Positions 61,155 to 64,000 of a stretch of 64,000 bases of DNA are shown piece after piece. The notes beneath the pieces were generated by a model. It saw only the letters and a program-made list of their open reading frames with translations. It ran no database searches and was not told the DNA's origin. The translations under genes were made by a program, and so were the position numbers. Positions within the stretch are counted from its first letter, which is position 1. Each line of letters starts with the position of its first letter. The stretch covers positions 42,518 through 106,517 of the forward strand of contig CAVVIO010000023.1 of assembly GCA_963748095.1 (NCBI GenBank), given 5' to 3'. This stretch comes from an uncultured Bacteroidales bacterium. GTDB lineage: Bacteria > Bacteroidota > Bacteroidia > Bacteroidales > UBA10428.

Positions 61155-62481
61155 TTGTATTCTCGTTTATCCAGCAACCAACTGTATATGTATCCCCTTG
61201 ATGAACGTTCTGAAAAAATGCATCTTCTTTTTTAGGATAATATTTAGAATAAGTAATGATAAGCTTATTTGCTTTTTCTTCTACAGAAGGATCTACTTTT
61301 TTAGCTTCATTAAATTTATCTACTGCTACCCAGAAAACAGATGATGGCAACTTGATATTCGAACACTGATCCTGACTTTGAGCATATATTTGTCCTATCA
61401 GGAGATAAGGTTCTCCCCAGTTTGAGTGCAACTGTTCAGCTTTAAGTGCGTTGTCCCGTGATTCAGAGTATTGATTCAATTTACTCTGTGTAAGTGCAAG
61501 ACCCAGGTAATAGTCTGCCTTTTTCATATCATCAGTTTGCAGTTGAATGGCTTGCTTATAATAGGTAGCTGCTTCTTTATAATTGCCATTGTTATATGCC
61601 ATCAACGCTATATTTGCAGCAGATTCAGCCGATGGTTTTAATGCTTGTAGTTTAGTTGATGCATTATAGAACAATTGGGAATTGGTACAACTGTTATTTT
61701 TAAGCAAGGTGGTTAACATTCCGAGAAAATCAGGATCGTCCGATCTGCTTTGATATTCTTTATTGAAGTAGGCATTTAATGTGTCACAATCGCTTGGCCC
61801 ATCGGCAGCAAAGTTGTTGTCAATACTCGATTTGATGGCTGTCAGGGTTGCATCACTCGGACGTGTCTCAAGTTTTTTGTTTATAATGTCACTTACCATC
61901 ATATAATCGGAAATTACCTGGTTCTGGGTAATTTTTTTATCCTGGAAAAGTGTTAAGGATGCGGATATGTATGTCGCCATCACTGGCTCGGAAACGTGAG
62001 CTTTGTCAGCCTGAATAGATTCATCAAGATAGTTATATGCCTGTTGAATATACTGTATGCCGTCATTTCTCCTGTATCTTAAGAGGTCTACACCCTGCCG
62101 GCCACGAACGTTGCTCAGGTCCTTATAGTATTTGATACGCTGGTCATAAACCATCATTAGCGTATCAACATAAGCTCCTTTTTTTGCTTCATCATTTTGA
62201 TTTTCTTCGATGAAGTTCTGAAACATTCTTGCACCATCGATATATATGTTTTTTGTAGCTCTTGGACAATTATGAAATACTTTTCTCCATGAGGGTAGTG
62301 CAGATTTAAAATCTCCCTGCCGTGCATATTCCCTGTATAAAGATAAATTTGTAATACATTGTATACTATCATTCCCATGTCCATATCTCGAACCGTCTTC
62401 CACGCCTTTCTGCGCCATTACATTCGTCGAAAATAATCCTATTAGTAATGTAAATAACTGGATATAAACTCCTTTTTTCAT
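61135..62481 (-). CDS. Tetratricopeptide-repeat protein with signal peptide
   Basis: TPR-like helices, for example 'GNYKEAATYYKQAIQLQ' and 'YYLGLALTQSKLNQYSESRDNALKA'. Confidence 0.7.
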   Translation of the reverse strand: MKKGVYIQLFTLLIGLFSTNVMAQKGVEDGSRYGHGNDSIQCITNLSLYREYARQGDFKSALPSWRKVFHNCPRATKNIYIDGARMFQNFIEENQNDEAKKGAYVDTLMMVYDQRIKYYKDLSNVRGRQGVDLLRYRRNDGIQYIQQAYNYLDESIQADKAHVSEPVMATYISASLTLFQDKKITQNQVISDYMMVSDIINKKLETRPSDATLTAIKSSIDNNFAADGPSDCDTLNAYFNKEYQSRSDDPDFLGMLTTLLKNNSCTNSQLFYNASTKLQALKPSAESAANIALMAYNNGNYKEAATYYKQAIQLQTDDMKKADYYLGLALTQSKLNQYSESRDNALKAEQLHSNWGEPYLLIGQIYAQSQDQCSNIKLPSSVFWVAVDKFNEAKKVDPSVEEKANKLIITYSKYYPKKEDAFFQNVHQGDTYTVGCWINENTIARFNE

Positions 62482-62501
62482 TTTTCTATTTTTTATAAGT
62501 A

Positions 62502-63785
62502 TTAATCATATTTGCGTTTTACAAACCAGAAATCATATAATGTAAGCCCAAATGATACTATATGATATTTTTCTTTTATCAGCCCGTTATTCAGTGTTCC
62601 GCGTACCCCATATTGGTATGCAATATTAAATGAAGTATTCGAAAAAAGTTTACTTGAATTCCTCCATGGTATACCAATACCAAAACTTATGCCATAATCA
62701 TTTATTTGTTGATCTTGTATCTTAACATATGTATTGGAATAATACGCTCCTAATCTGTAATGAAAGTACTTCCAGTAACTTGCATGTGTTTTTTGCTTAA
62801 TGGAAACGGGTGTAAATTCAGTTCCAAAACGCACGGAATTATATGCAGTAAGAAAATCATTCTTTCCGAATATTGAACCTTTTGTCCAGTCCTGCGTGAT
62901 ATAATCGACAGCAACGATAAGATTGTTTTTATAACCGTATGCAATTCCCAAAGCCATCCGTTCAGGTATATTTATTTTGTCAGATATATTGATATTGTTT
63001 AAGGTATCAGTTATATATGGCGCTTGACGAATCAGTATATTATCATGCCTGGCATTTAGGGCTGTTTTATTATCAAAAGTCACACCCAGTTGAAGTTTGT
63101 GATTTTCTTTTATTGTATTATAATATTGTAAACCAAAACGAAAATGAAAATCATGAGCAAATATTTTATCCTGATATTCAACAACAGCAGCTTGTGGATC
63201 GGTTGTTACGGTAACAGTTCGAGATTGGTTGAGTTCTCCGAAAAGATAGGAGGCATTTATTCCTATAGACAGGTGGTGGGCAATTTCTATTGCATTCCCG
63301 ATATAAAATTCGTTAATACCTCCATTGCCGGTATAATTGATGTTATAATCATTATAGCTTCCTGATAATGTACCTTCTTCTAAAAAATCGAAACCAACGC
63401 GACTATAAGGTACAATTCCAACACTGGTTTTCCACCAGTGCGTCAAGGGAAAACCAATAATGATATGATTAAAATTGAAATTTTTTGTTTGTTTTTTTGC
63501 TGCATTCGATTCCAGTTCATTCGACTTTCCGGAAACCCCTATATCGAAAATAAACGACATGGTATCCTGCGAAGTGTAGGAGGCCGGATTGAGGTAATTG
63601 ATCAGGTTCGGGGTTCTTAGCGCGGTAGAAGTACCACCCATGGCCCTGTTCTGTTCAAAACCATTGTCAATGAGATCTCCGACCCCAAACCTGGAATACG
63701 GCGAATTAGTGTAATTCTGAGCATACCCTTTCAACACTATAAGTATCAACAATAAAGTTAGGCTTCCCTTATAAATTCTCTGCAT
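62502..63785 (-). CDS. Predicted outer-membrane beta-barrel protein, function unknown
   Basis: Signal peptide, and alternating aromatic/hydrophilic strands throughout. No specific family recognised. Confidence 0.5.
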   Translation of the reverse strand: MQRIYKGSLTLLLILIVLKGYAQNYTNSPYSRFGVGDLIDNGFEQNRAMGGTSTALRTPNLINYLNPASYTSQDTMSFIFDIGVSGKSNELESNAAKKQTKNFNFNHIIIGFPLTHWWKTSVGIVPYSRVGFDFLEEGTLSGSYNDYNINYTGNGGINEFYIGNAIEIAHHLSIGINASYLFGELNQSRTVTVTTDPQAAVVEYQDKIFAHDFHFRFGLQYYNTIKENHKLQLGVTFDNKTALNARHDNILIRQAPYITDTLNNINISDKINIPERMALGIAYGYKNNLIVAVDYITQDWTKGSIFGKNDFLTAYNSVRFGTEFTPVSIKQKTHASYWKYFHYRLGAYYSNTYVKIQDQQINDYGISFGIGIPWRNSSKLFSNTSFNIAYQYGVRGTLNNGLIKEKYHIVSFGLTLYDFWFVKRKYD

Positions 63786-64000
63786 TATGTTCCAATATAC
63801 AATTTAATCCTATGTTTACTAAATTCAAATTCACAAAGATGGTGTTTTTTAATTTTTTATCAAAAAAATTAGCGTCTCCTCCGGTAAGAATTATTATAAT
63901 ATTATTATAGATGCTTAAATAATGAGATATGTAACCTTCAATTTCGTTAATTATTCCCGTTTGTACTCCCGAAATGATGGCGCTGTTGGTATCGGTTCCC
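63769..64000 (-). CDS. coaX: Type III pantothenate kinase, C-terminal 76 aa (gene starts beyond the window)
   Basis: Not in the ORF track. My minus-strand translation 'GTDTNSAIISGVQTGIINEIEGYISHYLSIYNNIIIILTGGDANFF...' matches the CoaX C-terminal pattern (G.DT..A..SG...G....I.G....Y......I.TGGDA). The stop at 63769 overlaps the downstream gene's start. Confidence 0.6.
   Translation of the reverse strand, partial: GTDTNSAIISGVQTGIINEIEGYISHYLSIYNNIIIILTGGDANFFDKKLKNTIFVNLNLVNIGLNCILEHNAENL

Overview
AT-rich chromosomal segment that looks like Bacteroidota: it has a SusC/SusD pair, TAnnTTTG-type promoter motifs, an IPExxxVDY-family gene and a dcw cluster without murF/ddl. Most of it is conserved housekeeping sequence. 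Order, left to right: (1) the 3' end of an anti-sigma-coupled polysaccharide utilisation locus: FecR tail, STN-domain SusC, SusD and a frameshifted GH8 glycosidase. (2) A roughly 1.9 kb tandem array of four copies of a four-helix-bundle gene (23S-rRNA-IVS protein / Avd-like). Each copy is flanked by a 19-nt-arm hairpin, two copies are dead, and the array ends 2 nt from the 3' end of tRNA-Arg(CCG). (3) leuS and an M23 peptidase. (4) A four-gene minus-strand operon: Cache/HAMP-PP2C phosphatase, RsbW-like kinase, STAS antagonist and a GPP34/GOLPH3-like protein. No sigma factor gene was recognised among the ORFs in the window. (5) purN, acpP-fabF-rnc, an IPExxxVDY protein and a histidine kinase/OmpR-type regulator pair. 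(6) An orphan STAS gene convergent with a barrel-less Plug-domain protein, then yebC. (7) A leuA-leuC-leuD-(citramalate-synthase-like)-leuB operon, preceded by a candidate Ile/Leu-rich leader peptide and a four-segment attenuator. (8) CoA-binding, LEA_2 lipoprotein, SPOR and purF genes, and an OlsB/OlsA-like N-acyl amino-acid lipid pair. (9) A complete dcw cluster, mraZ-rsmH-ftsL-ftsI-murE-mraY-murD-ftsW-murG-murC-ftsQ-ftsA-ftsZ. It has four 10-bp-phased TGG[G/T] boxes upstream of mraZ, and murG is split by a +1 frameshift in an A8 run. (10) yqeY, ppiD, a CorC-type hemolysin, lptC-like, TPR and outer-membrane barrel genes, and a partial coaX. I found no transposase, integrase, CRISPR array or recognisable defence genes. 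The two regions most worth a second look are the four-helix-bundle array next to the tRNA and the partner-switching operon that has no sigma factor and ends in a GOLPH3-like gene. All homology calls come from reading motifs by eye; no searches were run.
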